DNA from: a virus
Taxonomy: Duplodnaviria; Caudoviricetes
Length of the DNA stretch: 47,721 bases
IMG/VR virus record: IMGVR_UViG_3300037524_001274
Span: 1-47,721 of that record
Direction: 5' to 3' (one strand)
The translations under genes and the position numbers were made by a program. A model generated the notes under the pieces. The model worked only from the letters and a program-made list of their open reading frames with translations. It made no database searches and was not told where the DNA came from. Shown one piece after another: positions 1-8,874 of this stretch. Position 1 is the first letter of the stretch; each line of letters starts with the position of its first letter.

Positions 1-356
1 AGGGGGGGCAGGCCCATGCCGAAACCCGGTTTGCCCACCGAGGGGGCCCCAGAGCGCGAGCGATGCCTCCTTGCCAGTGGGGGGGGACCCTATGGATCGT
101 TCCGGGGGTGGAGTCGGGGGTGGAGCTGCTCCACCCGGGGCGGCCACTCGTTGGTGCGTTTGGGGGGCCTGGTGCGTTTTGGCGGTTTGGAGGGGGGGGG
201 GTAGAGCGCCGGGACCCTAAACAGACAGAGTCAAGGAGTAGTGTGGAGAAAAAGTGCACACCATCACCTGCCGCACCAGGGGGCGGAACGGACTTCCCGT
301 CGGTCCGTCCGATCCACCCCCCGGAGCGGTGCGGTCTCGAAGTTCAGGGGGGGGGC

Positions 357-384
357 TTGACAGACTCCATAGTGGGTGTACTTT
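357..384 (+). promoter_or_regulatory. sigma70-type promoter TTGACA-N16-TACTTT driving the rightward arm
   Basis: Perfect -35 TTGACA (357-362) and TAnnnT -10 (379-384), followed by AGGAGG SD and ATG at 403. Confidence 0.75.
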
Positions 385-402
385 GGGATTAGGAGGTGGT
401 GA

Positions 403-669
403 ATGACCGTAGACGAGAAGTTGGACCTGATCTTGGAGAAGCTGGGCAGGCTGGAGGCGCGGGACTCCGGCACGAGGGAGGAGGCGTTCAGACGCTGGCT
501 CGAGGGGAGGGACTGGTTCCTCCCGGGCCAGTACCTGCGTGAGACCGGAGTCGATCACCACACGTGGGTCCACTACCTGAAGCCCGTGGCTCGCGAGGTC
601 GGGTTCGAGTGGTCCTCCTTCGACAGGCGGTGGGCCCGCAGGGGGAATCAGGGGGGCGGTGAGGAGTGA
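403..669 (+). CDS. hypothetical protein (first rightward gene, possible regulator)
   Basis: Strong SD, phage-like codon usage, overlaps next start. Confidence 0.75.
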   Translation: MTVDEKLDLILEKLGRLEARDSGTREEAFRRWLEGRDWFLPGQYLRETGVDHHTWVHYLKPVAREVGFEWSSFDRRWARRGNQGGGEE

Positions 670-902
670 GCACGACGGACTTCATGGCGTTGCGGGACCG
701 GTGGGCGGGGGAGACGCACGTTCTTCCCTGCGTGACGCTCGAGTCGGTGGTCGAGGGGGCCCGTGTGGGGTACCTCGAGGCCCGGGAGATGGCCGAGAGG
801 ATGCGCTTCTCGGCGTGGGTGAACACGCTTCGGGACTTGGCGGAGCGCCAGGACTCGGAGATCGAGGCCGCCACGAGGCGGTGGATGGAGGTGATCGGGT
901 GA
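666..902 (+). CDS. hypothetical protein
   Basis: GAGGAG SD, GTGA start/stop overlap. Confidence 0.7.
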   Translation: MSTTDFMALRDRWAGETHVLPCVTLESVVEGARVGYLEAREMAERMRFSAWVNTLRDLAERQDSEIEAATRRWMEVIG

Positions 903-1045
903 GCGAGCGGTACCACGAGCTGACGATGCAGTGGCTGGAGCGGATGCGGCGGGTTCCGGCCGAGAAGGAGGAGTTCCTCGAGGGGCTGCGGGCTGCCCTC
1001 GCGGAGCTGGAGGTCGAGATCCAGGCCTGCAAGGAGACGCTGTGA
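899..1045 (+). CDS. hypothetical protein, 48 aa
   Basis: GGAGG SD, GTGA overlaps at both ends; 3' part of track ORF 659..1045. Confidence 0.6.
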   Translation: MSERYHELTMQWLERMRRVPAEKEEFLEGLRAALAELEVEIQACKETL

Positions 1046-1287
1046 CCGAGTACACCTACGTGGCGGAGTCGACGGGGCTGCCGGACAGGGTGGTCGTCCA
1101 CGTGACGGCGAAGGAGGTGCAGGACCTCGTGAAGAAGCTGTGGGGCGGGCAGTGCGAGGACAGCCAGCAGATCGAGATCATCGCGCGCCAGGAGTGCCTG
1201 GACCGGTTCGACCGCTGGTGGAAGGCGGAGGGGCTCCGGCTGCGTGCGGCTCTGGCGCGGAGGTACCGCGACAAGGTGATCCGCTGA
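1042..1287 (+). CDS. hypothetical protein
   Basis: AAGGAG SD, GTGA overlap; 3' part of ORF 931..1287. Confidence 0.65.
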   Translation: MTEYTYVAESTGLPDRVVVHVTAKEVQDLVKKLWGGQCEDSQQIEIIARQECLDRFDRWWKAEGLRLRAALARRYRDKVIR

Positions 1288-1550
1288 TGGGGCCCCTGAG
1301 CTTCGGGCCGCGGGGCTGGGGCGCCGGGTGGGTGGTGCTCCGGGGGCGGATCGTGCTGTTCTGGCACCTGCGGGCGTGGTCGAGCTGGGGGCTGCGGGGC
1401 CCGGTTCCGGCGCTGCCGTTCGACTGGCGGTTCTTCCTGGGGCCCGTGTGCGTGGCGAAGGTGACCACGAACAAGCCCCGGCGCCTGAGCCGGCAGGAGC
1501 GGCGGCACCTCGCCCGCACCGCCGCGAAGGCTGCGAGGAGGCTCCTGTGA
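1287..1550 (+). CDS. hypothetical Trp-rich, basic-tailed protein
   Basis: TGATG coupling with upstream gene. Confidence 0.5.
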   Translation: MGPLSFGPRGWGAGWVVLRGRIVLFWHLRAWSSWGLRGPVPALPFDWRFFLGPVCVAKVTTNKPRRLSRQERRHLARTAAKAARRLL

Positions 1551-1825
1551 TCGAGCGCGACGAGCTGGGGAGGGGCCGAGAGGTCCTTCCCCGGGACGTT
1601 CCCTGGCGCGGGTGCCCGGTCTGCCTTCGGCCGGTCGACTGGGTGTACTCGGAGAGGGACCTTCGGCCTGGGGTGTTCGGCCTCGGCCGGCCGCGGTGCG
1701 ACGTGCACGGGGTCCAGCTCGGGTGGGTGGTGGTGGAGGGTGACGCGCTCCAGTCCGAGTTCCTCACGGGGGGGTTCGTGAAGGACTCGAGCGAGTGGAA
1801 GAACGTCCTCGAGGGGGAGGAGTGA
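1547..1825 (+). CDS. small Zn-binding protein (CPVC...CDVH)
   Basis: GAGGAGG SD, GTGA overlap, Cys/His motif; directly precedes the helicase. Confidence 0.6.
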   Translation: MIERDELGRGREVLPRDVPWRGCPVCLRPVDWVYSERDLRPGVFGLGRPRCDVHGVQLGWVVVEGDALQSEFLTGGFVKDSSEWKNVLEGEE

Positions 1826-3111
1826 GCGTGGACGACCAGACGATCAGGCACGAGATTGCCGACGGGGAGGACATCCTGGCTGCTCTCGAGGAGCAGTCGA
1901 GGGCGTTCAACGCGAAGGTGGCGGCCCTGAAGCCCGAGTGGGTGACGCCGGCGGGGACGGCGACCGCGGTGGAGCCTGAGGTGGTGGACGAGCTGGCGCC
2001 GGGGCACTTCGGGCCTGACGGTCCGGAGAAGGACGAGGTCGCGTTCTTCCCGACGACGTGTCTCGCCGACGTGACGATCAGCCCTGTGGACTGGCTGTGG
2101 GAGGGGCGGATCCCGAGGGGGATGATCACGCTGGTGGAGGGGGACCCTGGTGTCGGGAAGTCGACCCTGGTCGCGGACATCGTGGCTCGGCACACGAGCG
2201 GAACCCCCTTTCCTGGCAGCAAGTTGGCGCGGACACCGGAGCGGGCGCTGTGGCTGACGCTCGAGGACTCGCTCGAGCACACGCTGAAGCCTCGGATCGT
2301 GGCCGCCTCGGGCGACCCGAAGAGGATCGACGCGATGCTGGGGGTGCCGATCCTGGCGACCTCGGGGAACCCGCACGCGGGGAACATCTCGGCCTTGCGG
2401 GAGACGATCCGCCGGACCGGCGCCACCCTCCTCGTGATGGACCCTGGCGCCGCGACGGTCGAGGACGCGAACAGCGAGGCCATCGTGCGGCAGGCGATGG
2501 GGGAGCTGTTCCGGATCGGCCAGGAGATGGGGGTCACGGTGATCTGGATCCGGCACCTCGTGAAGAACCGCGAGGGGAAGTCGGCGCTGATGGCCGGGGG
2601 AGGGAGCATCGGGCTCGCGGCCGCAGCGCGGTCGGTGCTTCAGGTGGTGGTGGACCGGGCCCGCAAGGACAAGGGGATGGGGCTGGACCGGTGCGTGATC
2701 CAGCCGAAGAACAACCTCGGGGCCGAGGCGGCGCCGTTCTACTTCGGGCTCGAGGACACGAGGATCGAGGAGAACTTCGCGGTGGTGAACGTGGCCCGTG
2801 CGCTGTGGGCCTACGAGCCGGAGCACGGCGTCGACCACTACGACATCCTCGAGAGCATCTCCAGCTACAAGCGGCCCGATGGCGCGGGGCCCTCGTCGGG
2901 CGGCTGGGAGGACACTCTCTACGCCGCCTTCGAGCAGCACGGGTGGGCTCTGACGACGGCGCAGGTCGAGGCTGCGCTCTCCGCCGGCGGGGCGAAGGCG
3001 AAGAAGATTCAGGACTTGGGCGCTCGCGGCCGCGAGTGGAAGAGGGCTCACGGGATCACCTGGGACTCGGCCGAGGGGCTTCACCGGATGACGAGGCCGA
3101 CGGCGGAGTAG
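1822..3111 (+). CDS. AAA_25 / RepA-like replicative helicase ATPase
   Basis: VDWLWEGRIPRG, Walker A GDPGVGKS, LTLED, Walker B LLVMDP, IRHLVK...GGGSIG...AARS motifs. Confidence 0.85.
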   Translation: MSVDDQTIRHEIADGEDILAALEEQSRAFNAKVAALKPEWVTPAGTATAVEPEVVDELAPGHFGPDGPEKDEVAFFPTTCLADVTISPVDWLWEGRIPRGMITLVEGDPGVGKSTLVADIVARHTSGTPFPGSKLARTPERALWLTLEDSLEHTLKPRIVAASGDPKRIDAMLGVPILATSGNPHAGNISALRETIRRTGATLLVMDPGAATVEDANSEAIVRQAMGELFRIGQEMGVTVIWIRHLVKNREGKSALMAGGGSIGLAAAARSVLQVVVDRARKDKGMGLDRCVIQPKNNLGAEAAPFYFGLEDTRIEENFAVVNVARALWAYEPEHGVDHYDILESISSYKRPDGAGPSSGGWEDTLYAAFEQHGWALTTAQVEAALSAGGAKAKKIQDLGARGREWKRAHGITWDSAEGLHRMTRPTAE

Positions 3112-3118
3112 GGGGTCT

Positions 3119-3138
3119 GGAACAGGCTGTGATACTTT
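3119..3138 (+). promoter_or_regulatory. phage promoter-like motif GGAACA-N8-TACTTT
   Basis: One of 5 copies with fixed spacing; directly upstream of scaffold/capsid genes. Confidence 0.6.
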
Positions 3139-3144
3139 GGGGGT

Positions 3145-4221
3145 ATGGACAACCTGTTCGGAATCGTCCCCGAGCCCGCTGCGGCGGCCCCCGGGGAGGA
3201 GACGCAGAAGCCAGTCGAGAAGGAGACGCGGGAAGATCCGGGATCAGACGGGGCCCATACCCCCGATCCGGAGGGTTCGACTCCCTCTCCCGCAACCACC
3301 CAGGACCCGGCCCCCGAGCCGGCGAAGCCTGCCGAGACCGAAGCTGACGAGGAGGCCAAGGCCTTCGAAGCGGCGGAGGGCGAGGAGGGCATCCGCCTCG
3401 GGAACAAGGTCTACAAGTCCTGGGATGCCGCCGACCACGTGTTCCGCACCTTCGCTGGCAAGGCGAGTGCGGAGGCGAGGCGGCGGCGCGAGCTGGAGCA
3501 GCAGCTCGAGGAGCTAAAGCGCGAGCGCGACGAGCTGCGCGCGCGTCCTGCTGCCCCTTCCGCACCCGCACCGACGAGCGAGGTTCCCGCCTCCGACGGA
3601 ACTCCGGAGCCCGGGCCCAAGACGAGGAAGCGGCTGAAGGAAGTGCTCACCCGCGACGAGGTCAACCGGATGATCGTGGACGACGGCATCGACGCCGTCA
3701 TCGAGCGACTCTCCGATCTGGTCGAGGAGCGGATCGAGCAAACCGCGGACGAGAAGTTCGCGCCCTTGAAGCCCATCGCCGACCGCAAGGCTGGTGTCGA
3801 GATGGCCATCGAGGCGTTCGACCGGGAGGCCAACCGGACCACGAAGGACGGATCCTTCGTGTTCCCCGAGCTGGATCCCTCGAGCCCCTCGAGTGACGCC
3901 ATCGTCCAGATCTGGCAGCGTCGAGTCTTCGAGGACGAGTCCTTCCGAGCGCGGGCTTTCGATCCCCTGGCCATCGAGGCGTGCGTCCTCGAGTACCGGT
4001 CAGGGGTCACTTCAACCGCTCCTCCGCCCGCGCCTGCTCCCGCGGCGCGTCCGGACGCGGCGGCGCTCCAGGGCATGGGCCGTCAGGCCTCGCCCTCGCC
4101 GACCGCTCCCGGGCCCGTCCGCAGGATCATTCTCGACCCGGAGGAGACCATCCGGCGCCTCACCGCTTCCCGCTCCGACAACCCGTTCGGAGTCACGGTC
4201 GAGTCGCCACTTCGGAGGTAA
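3145..4221 (+). CDS. capsid scaffolding protein
   Basis: Acidic Pro-rich N-terminus and coiled coil; immediately upstream of the major capsid gene. Confidence 0.7.
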   Translation: MDNLFGIVPEPAAAAPGEETQKPVEKETREDPGSDGAHTPDPEGSTPSPATTQDPAPEPAKPAETEADEEAKAFEAAEGEEGIRLGNKVYKSWDAADHVFRTFAGKASAEARRRRELEQQLEELKRERDELRARPAAPSAPAPTSEVPASDGTPEPGPKTRKRLKEVLTRDEVNRMIVDDGIDAVIERLSDLVEERIEQTADEKFAPLKPIADRKAGVEMAIEAFDREANRTTKDGSFVFPELDPSSPSSDAIVQIWQRRVFEDESFRARAFDPLAIEACVLEYRSGVTSTAPPPAPAPAARPDAAALQGMGRQASPSPTAPGPVRRIILDPEETIRRLTASRSDNPFGVTVESPLRR

Positions 4222-4224
4222 CAG

Positions 4225-5478
4225 ATGGCTCACTCGCTGCCGTCCCCGTGGCCCGGCGCCTACGCCGATCCCGCGGTCAAGACCGCCCAGATGGCGTCCG
4301 GCGTCGTCTCGGGCGACACGTCCCAGACCCTCAACGAGATCCTTCAGGTTCAGAAGGGCCTCGTGTGGTTCAACCCCTCGGTGGCCCCGCTCCTGCGGCT
4401 CACCTCGAAGCTGAAGAACTCGAAGTCGGTGGAGGCCTCGCGGCACTACCACCTCGAGAAGCAGCGGCTCCCCCGCAAGATCACCCTCACCGCGGTCCAG
4501 GCCGCGACCTCGCCGACCTCGGTCGACGCGAGCGCCGCGGACATCGCGAAGCTCCGCGTCGGCGACCTGCTCTACAACACGGCGACCGGCGACATCGCCG
4601 AGGTGACGGCGAAGACCGACGCCGACACGGTGGCGGTCACGCCCAACATCGGTGACGCGGCCCCGAGCGGCACGCTCTGGGCCATCGGCAACGTCTGCTA
4701 CAACATCGGGAACGTCTACCTCGACGGCAGCGGCGCCGGGTCCCCCCTCCAGATCGTGGAGGACGAGAAGGTCTTCTACCTCCAGATCTTCAAGGACGCC
4801 ATCGAGCAGAGCGACCGGTACCAGAAGACCGCTCTCTACGAGGGCGACCCCTGGGCGAACGCCCGCAAGCAGCTCGAGCAGGAGCACCTCCTGAACATCG
4901 AGCACGCCTTCTTCTTCGGCAAGCCCGACATCAAGCGCGACAGCTCGACCGGGAAGCTGAAGACCTACGCTGGCGGCCTCAACCACTACTGCAACGTGAA
5001 CCGCGTCGACTTCAACGGCGACACGTCCACCACGAAGGCGTTCATCGACACGGTGATGATCGAGGCGATGCGCGAGGGCCACTCCGGGTTCGAGAACAAG
5101 GAGATGGCCACGAAGACGATGCTGGCCAGCCACAAGTGGCTCGCGGCCTTCAACGCCTTCGGCGACAACTCCTCGGTGTACCGCGTGGTCGACCCCAGCG
5201 AGAAGACCTTCGGGCTCCGGCTGATGCAGTACCAGGGCTCGTGGGGCGTCCTCAACGTGATCAACGCGCCCGTGCTGAACAAGCCCGAGTTCGCGGAGTT
5301 CGCGTTCATCCTCGACTTCGAGCACCTGCGGCAGGCGAACTTCAAGGGCCGCGACACGAAGTTCGAGGACAACATCCAGCTTCCGGACGCCGACAGCCGC
5401 AAGGCCCAGTACATCTCGGACAAGGGCCTCGTGGTCGAGGTGGCGCCGGCGCACACCGTCCTCTACAACCTCGGGTAA
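4225..5478 (+). CDS. major capsid protein (HK97 fold, DUF5309/SU10-MCP-like)
   Basis: 417 aa, strong codon bias; QIFKDAIEQS, EHLLNIEHAFFFG, GGL and YQGSWGVLNVI motifs; position. Confidence 0.85.
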   Translation: MAHSLPSPWPGAYADPAVKTAQMASGVVSGDTSQTLNEILQVQKGLVWFNPSVAPLLRLTSKLKNSKSVEASRHYHLEKQRLPRKITLTAVQAATSPTSVDASAADIAKLRVGDLLYNTATGDIAEVTAKTDADTVAVTPNIGDAAPSGTLWAIGNVCYNIGNVYLDGSGAGSPLQIVEDEKVFYLQIFKDAIEQSDRYQKTALYEGDPWANARKQLEQEHLLNIEHAFFFGKPDIKRDSSTGKLKTYAGGLNHYCNVNRVDFNGDTSTTKAFIDTVMIEAMREGHSGFENKEMATKTMLASHKWLAAFNAFGDNSSVYRVVDPSEKTFGLRLMQYQGSWGVLNVINAPVLNKPEFAEFAFILDFEHLRQANFKGRDTKFEDNIQLPDADSRKAQYISDKGLVVEVAPAHTVLYNLG

Positions 5479-5496
5479 GGTCGTAGGGGCGTAACC

Positions 5497-5524
5497 GCGG
5501 CGGGGGCCTTCGGGCCCCCGTCGC
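5497..5524 (+). terminator. GC hairpin with cUUCGg loop after capsid gene
   Basis: GCGGCGGGGGCC-TTCG-GGCCCCCGTCGC; no U-tract, so terminator or mRNA stabiliser. Confidence 0.55.
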
Positions 5525-5542
5525 ACTACAGAGGGAGGGTTC

Positions 5543-5983
5543 GTGGCTCAGGAAGGTCAGATGCAGGCGCGGGGAGAGTACGGGCAGGGCCTGCGGCTGG
5601 ACGAGGTGTCGGAGAGACCGGACGGGTTCACGTTCGTGTGCCCGACGATCCAGCAGTTCATCATGCAGCTCCAGAAGGACGACAAGGTGCTCTTCAACGG
5701 GGAGCTGGTGAAGACGCCGGGGATCACCGCGGTGTTCCGCGACTACCGGTTCTTCACGAAGGACGCTCGCACCGCGGAGCTGATCCGTAAGAGCCGCGCC
5801 TTCGAGCGCGGGCTCGTGAAGGAGCTGGGCGCCGCGAAGGAGGACGCGGCGGCGAAGAGGAAGGCGCAGCTCAAGGCGCTCCTCGACGCGGACCCGGAGC
5901 TGAAGAAGGAACTCCTCTCGGCCGACGGTCCGCTCACCGTCGGCGACTCGGAGGCGAAGGCCCCGGTCGCGAAGAAGAAGTAG
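5543..5983 (+). CDS. hypothetical virion-associated protein
   Basis: GGGAGG SD, codon bias, follows capsid gene. Confidence 0.7.
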   Translation: MAQEGQMQARGEYGQGLRLDEVSERPDGFTFVCPTIQQFIMQLQKDDKVLFNGELVKTPGITAVFRDYRFFTKDARTAELIRKSRAFERGLVKELGAAKEDAAAKRKAQLKALLDADPELKKELLSADGPLTVGDSEAKAPVAKKK

Positions 5984-5996
5984 CTCACGTAGTCCT

Positions 5997-6030
5997 GGCC
6001 GCGCGAGGATGGCTCCCTCGCGTGGCTGTT
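5997..6030 (+). terminator. intergenic hairpin
   Basis: GGCCGCGCGAGG/CCTCGCGTGGCT stem followed by GTT. Confidence 0.4.
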
Positions 6031-6058
6031 CCCTGAGTAGCCAAGCAGGAGGGAAGCA

Positions 6059-6487
6059 ATGGCTTACGCCAGCACCTACGCCGTCGACGAGATCAGCAAC
6101 CAGTTCGTGAAGGTCCGGAAGGACGGGACCGACAAGAAGGTCCAGTTCAAGGAGGCGCGGCGCCCGCGTCGGTTCATGCGGGTCCCTGGCCTCGAGGTCA
6201 AGACGGCCACCGGCGCCATCTCCCTGAAGGACGGCGTGGTCGTTCTCACGGGCACCGCCTACGACGCGACCCTCGCGGCGCCCGGCCTGGACGACGACGG
6301 GAAGATCCTGACCATCGTCGCGGGTGACGCGGCCGCGTTCACCGTCACCGCGGCGGGCGGCTTCAACGGCGGGGGCACCGCCTCCGACGTGGCGACCTTC
6401 GCGGCCGCGGTGGGCAACAAGCTCACCTGCGTGGCCTGGAAGGGCGTCTGGTACGTCACCTCCACCACCAACGTCACCCTGGCGTAG
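6059..6487 (+). CDS. putative capsid decoration / minor structural protein
   Basis: AGGAGG SD, beta-rich small-residue composition, position. Confidence 0.6.
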   Translation: MAYASTYAVDEISNQFVKVRKDGTDKKVQFKEARRPRRFMRVPGLEVKTATGAISLKDGVVVLTGTAYDATLAAPGLDDDGKILTIVAGDAAAFTVTAAGGFNGGGTASDVATFAAAVGNKLTCVAWKGVWYVTSTTNVTLA

Positions 6488-6498
6488 GGTAGCAGCTC

Positions 6499-7647
6499 AT
6501 GGCTGATCGGACTCTCGAGTCCGAGTGGCCCGAGTACGTGAACTCGTCCGGTGTCCCTGGCACCGGATCGAAGGTCACGGCCGAGCTGCTCGACGCGATC
6601 CGGGAGGCCGTCAAGGCTGCGATCTACGACCCCAGCCTCGACGACGATCCTCCCGGAATCGCTCGCGAGGTCAGTGACGCCCGAGGTGGGCAGCCGTCCC
6701 TGGACGCGAGGCTCGACGCCATCGAGGCCATCGCGTCCGGGGGCGCCGCCACTCCGGCGACCCCTGGCCAGTTCAACCTCGTCCCGAATGGGAACTTCCT
6801 AATCTGGGGAGACGGGACCACGTCCGTCCCGTCGTTCTTCTCCTCCACCGGGTCCCCGACGTTCGCGGCCGAGTCCGCGCGCGGGGGGGCGGATTCCGCG
6901 AAGATCGTCGGCCCCTACGTGTGCGCGATGACGGGCGCCTCCGCGGCGAACCGGGACCTCTACATCGACCTGATCTCCGCGACGGTCCTGTCGACCCACG
7001 GGTCGTACCCGCTCTCGAGCCGCTCGTTCGCGGCCGGGATCTTCGTGAAGCAGACGGTGGCGAACTCCATCCAGCTCCTCGTGGACGACGGCGTCTCTGA
7101 GAAGACGATCAGCTCCGGTTCCGCGACGACCGGCTCCTACGTGTGGATCTCCGGAGCGGTGACGCTTGCGGCGGCCCCCACGAAGCTGAAGCTGATCGTC
7201 CGGCTCAACGCCGCCACGACCTCGAGGCTCTCCGGCCTCTGCGCCTACTTCGCCGACTCGGCGCCGCAGTACATCCCCGCCCCCACGTTCGAGGGCGAGT
7301 TCCTGTACGCCGAGCCGGGCACCGCCGTCTCGACCGGCAACAAGTTCTACTGGAAGCCGGGGCGGCCGCTCTTCATCAAGGAGGCCCAGGCCGTCTGCGC
7401 CTCCGGGTCGGGAACGGTGCGCGTGCTGAAGAACTCGGCGAGCGTCTTCACGAGCGACATCGCGGTCACCTCCAGCTACGGGAGCGTGGTCTACCCGGCG
7501 AGCGCCGCGCTCGCATCGGTCGACTCTGCCGACGAGCTGGCGATCAACGTCTCGGTGTCCACCTCGATGGTGACCCCCAACGTCCGGGTGAAGTACATCG
7601 CGTTCCTGAACCCGCTCACCGTGATCACGACGCAGGTGCCGGTGTAG
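6499..7647 (+). CDS. putative tail fibre/appendage protein with carbohydrate-binding-like domain
   Basis: EVSDARGGQPSLDARLDAIE fibre motif, NLVPNGNF CBM-like start, beta-rich C-terminus. Confidence 0.6.
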   Translation: MADRTLESEWPEYVNSSGVPGTGSKVTAELLDAIREAVKAAIYDPSLDDDPPGIAREVSDARGGQPSLDARLDAIEAIASGGAATPATPGQFNLVPNGNFLIWGDGTTSVPSFFSSTGSPTFAAESARGGADSAKIVGPYVCAMTGASAANRDLYIDLISATVLSTHGSYPLSSRSFAAGIFVKQTVANSIQLLVDDGVSEKTISSGSATTGSYVWISGAVTLAAAPTKLKLIVRLNAATTSRLSGLCAYFADSAPQYIPAPTFEGEFLYAEPGTAVSTGNKFYWKPGRPLFIKEAQAVCASGSGTVRVLKNSASVFTSDIAVTSSYGSVVYPASAALASVDSADELAINVSVSTSMVTPNVRVKYIAFLNPLTVITTQVPV

Positions 7648-7648
7648 C

Positions 7649-8317
7649 ATGGCTGTGACCTTCTGGCCGACGCTGGCGAGCGCCACCATCAACGGTGGCG
7701 CAGTCGCCACGGCTCCTCTCTCCAAGGCGACGACCGGGGACGTGGACGAGACCGACCGTCTCTCCACGTCCGCGTCCGGCCGCTCGGAGTTCACCCTGAA
7801 CGCGGTGAACGCCTCGGTGGGCGTGAGCCACGGCGGAATCACCAGCGTGAAGATGCACTTCAGGCTGTACTACAGCAACAACGGGACGGTGTCCCTGGAC
7901 GAGGGCAACTTCCTGGCCTACGTGGCGCCCTACGTGACGGTCGACGGCGTCACCTACTACAACTGTCCCGAGTTCGACTTCCCGGGCGGAGTGCAGAGCT
8001 TCATGGGCTATGCGTTCGGGAGCTACACCCACAACTTCAACCTGCCGGGCGAGCCCGTTGCGAAGATCGTCGAGTGGGACATCACGTCTCTCGCGAGCTG
8101 GGACAACGCGAAGCTGTCCGGACTGAACTTCGGCTTGAAGATGACCGGCGACTACCTCGGCCCCAACCCGTTCCGCTACTCCGGATGGGCCCCCGATCCC
8201 GGCGGGGCCGGGAACGCGCCGCGCTACAACTTCACCCAGCTCATGCTTCAGGTGGCGGCCAACGACCCGCCTCCTCCTCCAGTCGAGCCCCCGCGGCTCG
8301 TTCCGGTGATCCTGTGA
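7649..8317 (+). CDS. hypothetical structural protein
   Basis: Codon bias, beta-rich, within tail module. Confidence 0.6.
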   Translation: MAVTFWPTLASATINGGAVATAPLSKATTGDVDETDRLSTSASGRSEFTLNAVNASVGVSHGGITSVKMHFRLYYSNNGTVSLDEGNFLAYVAPYVTVDGVTYYNCPEFDFPGGVQSFMGYAFGSYTHNFNLPGEPVAKIVEWDITSLASWDNAKLSGLNFGLKMTGDYLGPNPFRYSGWAPDPGGAGNAPRYNFTQLMLQVAANDPPPPPVEPPRLVPVIL

Positions 8318-8874
8318 ACCGCGTCGAGCCGGCCCAGGTAGTTGCCGAGCTGGACCTGTGCGAGCTGGGCCTCTCGAGGCTCGGCTTCGCACCGGTCGAG
8401 ATCACGCGGCCCAACTCCGGCGTGGCCATCGACGGCCCGCGCTACGGATGGGTCGAGGACTTCACTGCCGTACTCTACGATGAGGAGGCTGACGTGGCAG
8501 GCTACATCAACCTCGAGATCGAGCAGGGCGCTTCGTTCTCGCACACGTTCTACTGGAAGAACCGCGACGGCTCTCCGGTCGACATCTCCGGCGCGCAGGC
8601 GCTCATGCAGATCCGCTCGGAGCAGGACATTACCGCCGACCTCTACGCGAGCCTCGCATCCTACGCGCAGCCGGTCGGAGCGCCCTCGCCCTGGTTCAAC
8701 GCCATCGACCTGACCGGTCCGGAGGGGAAGATCCTCGTGACGCTCTCGCCGTCCGACACGTCGGCCATCTCGGCGGGGAACCTGTTCTACGACCTGAAGC
8801 TCACGCTCCTCAGTGGCGAGGTCCACCGCATCGTGCAGGGCCGAGTCCTCGTGGATCCGGCGGTGTCGGAATGA
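8314..8874 (+). CDS. BppU-N/LtfC-like tail fibre attachment protein (alternative start GTG 8494 has a GAGGAGG SD)
   Basis: IEQGASF...DGSPVDISG..ALMQIR...YDLKL...RIVQG.V.VDP.V pattern. Confidence 0.65.
   Translation: MNRVEPAQVVAELDLCELGLSRLGFAPVEITRPNSGVAIDGPRYGWVEDFTAVLYDEEADVAGYINLEIEQGASFSHTFYWKNRDGSPVDISGAQALMQIRSEQDITADLYASLASYAQPVGAPSPWFNAIDLTGPEGKILVTLSPSDTSAISAGNLFYDLKLTLLSGEVHRIVQGRVLVDPAVSE

Noticed and set aside
249-273. Sixth copy of the promoter motif on the - strand (GGCAGGTGATGGTGTGCACTTT)
   Set aside because: Spacing and both boxes deviate, and no gene lies downstream within the window
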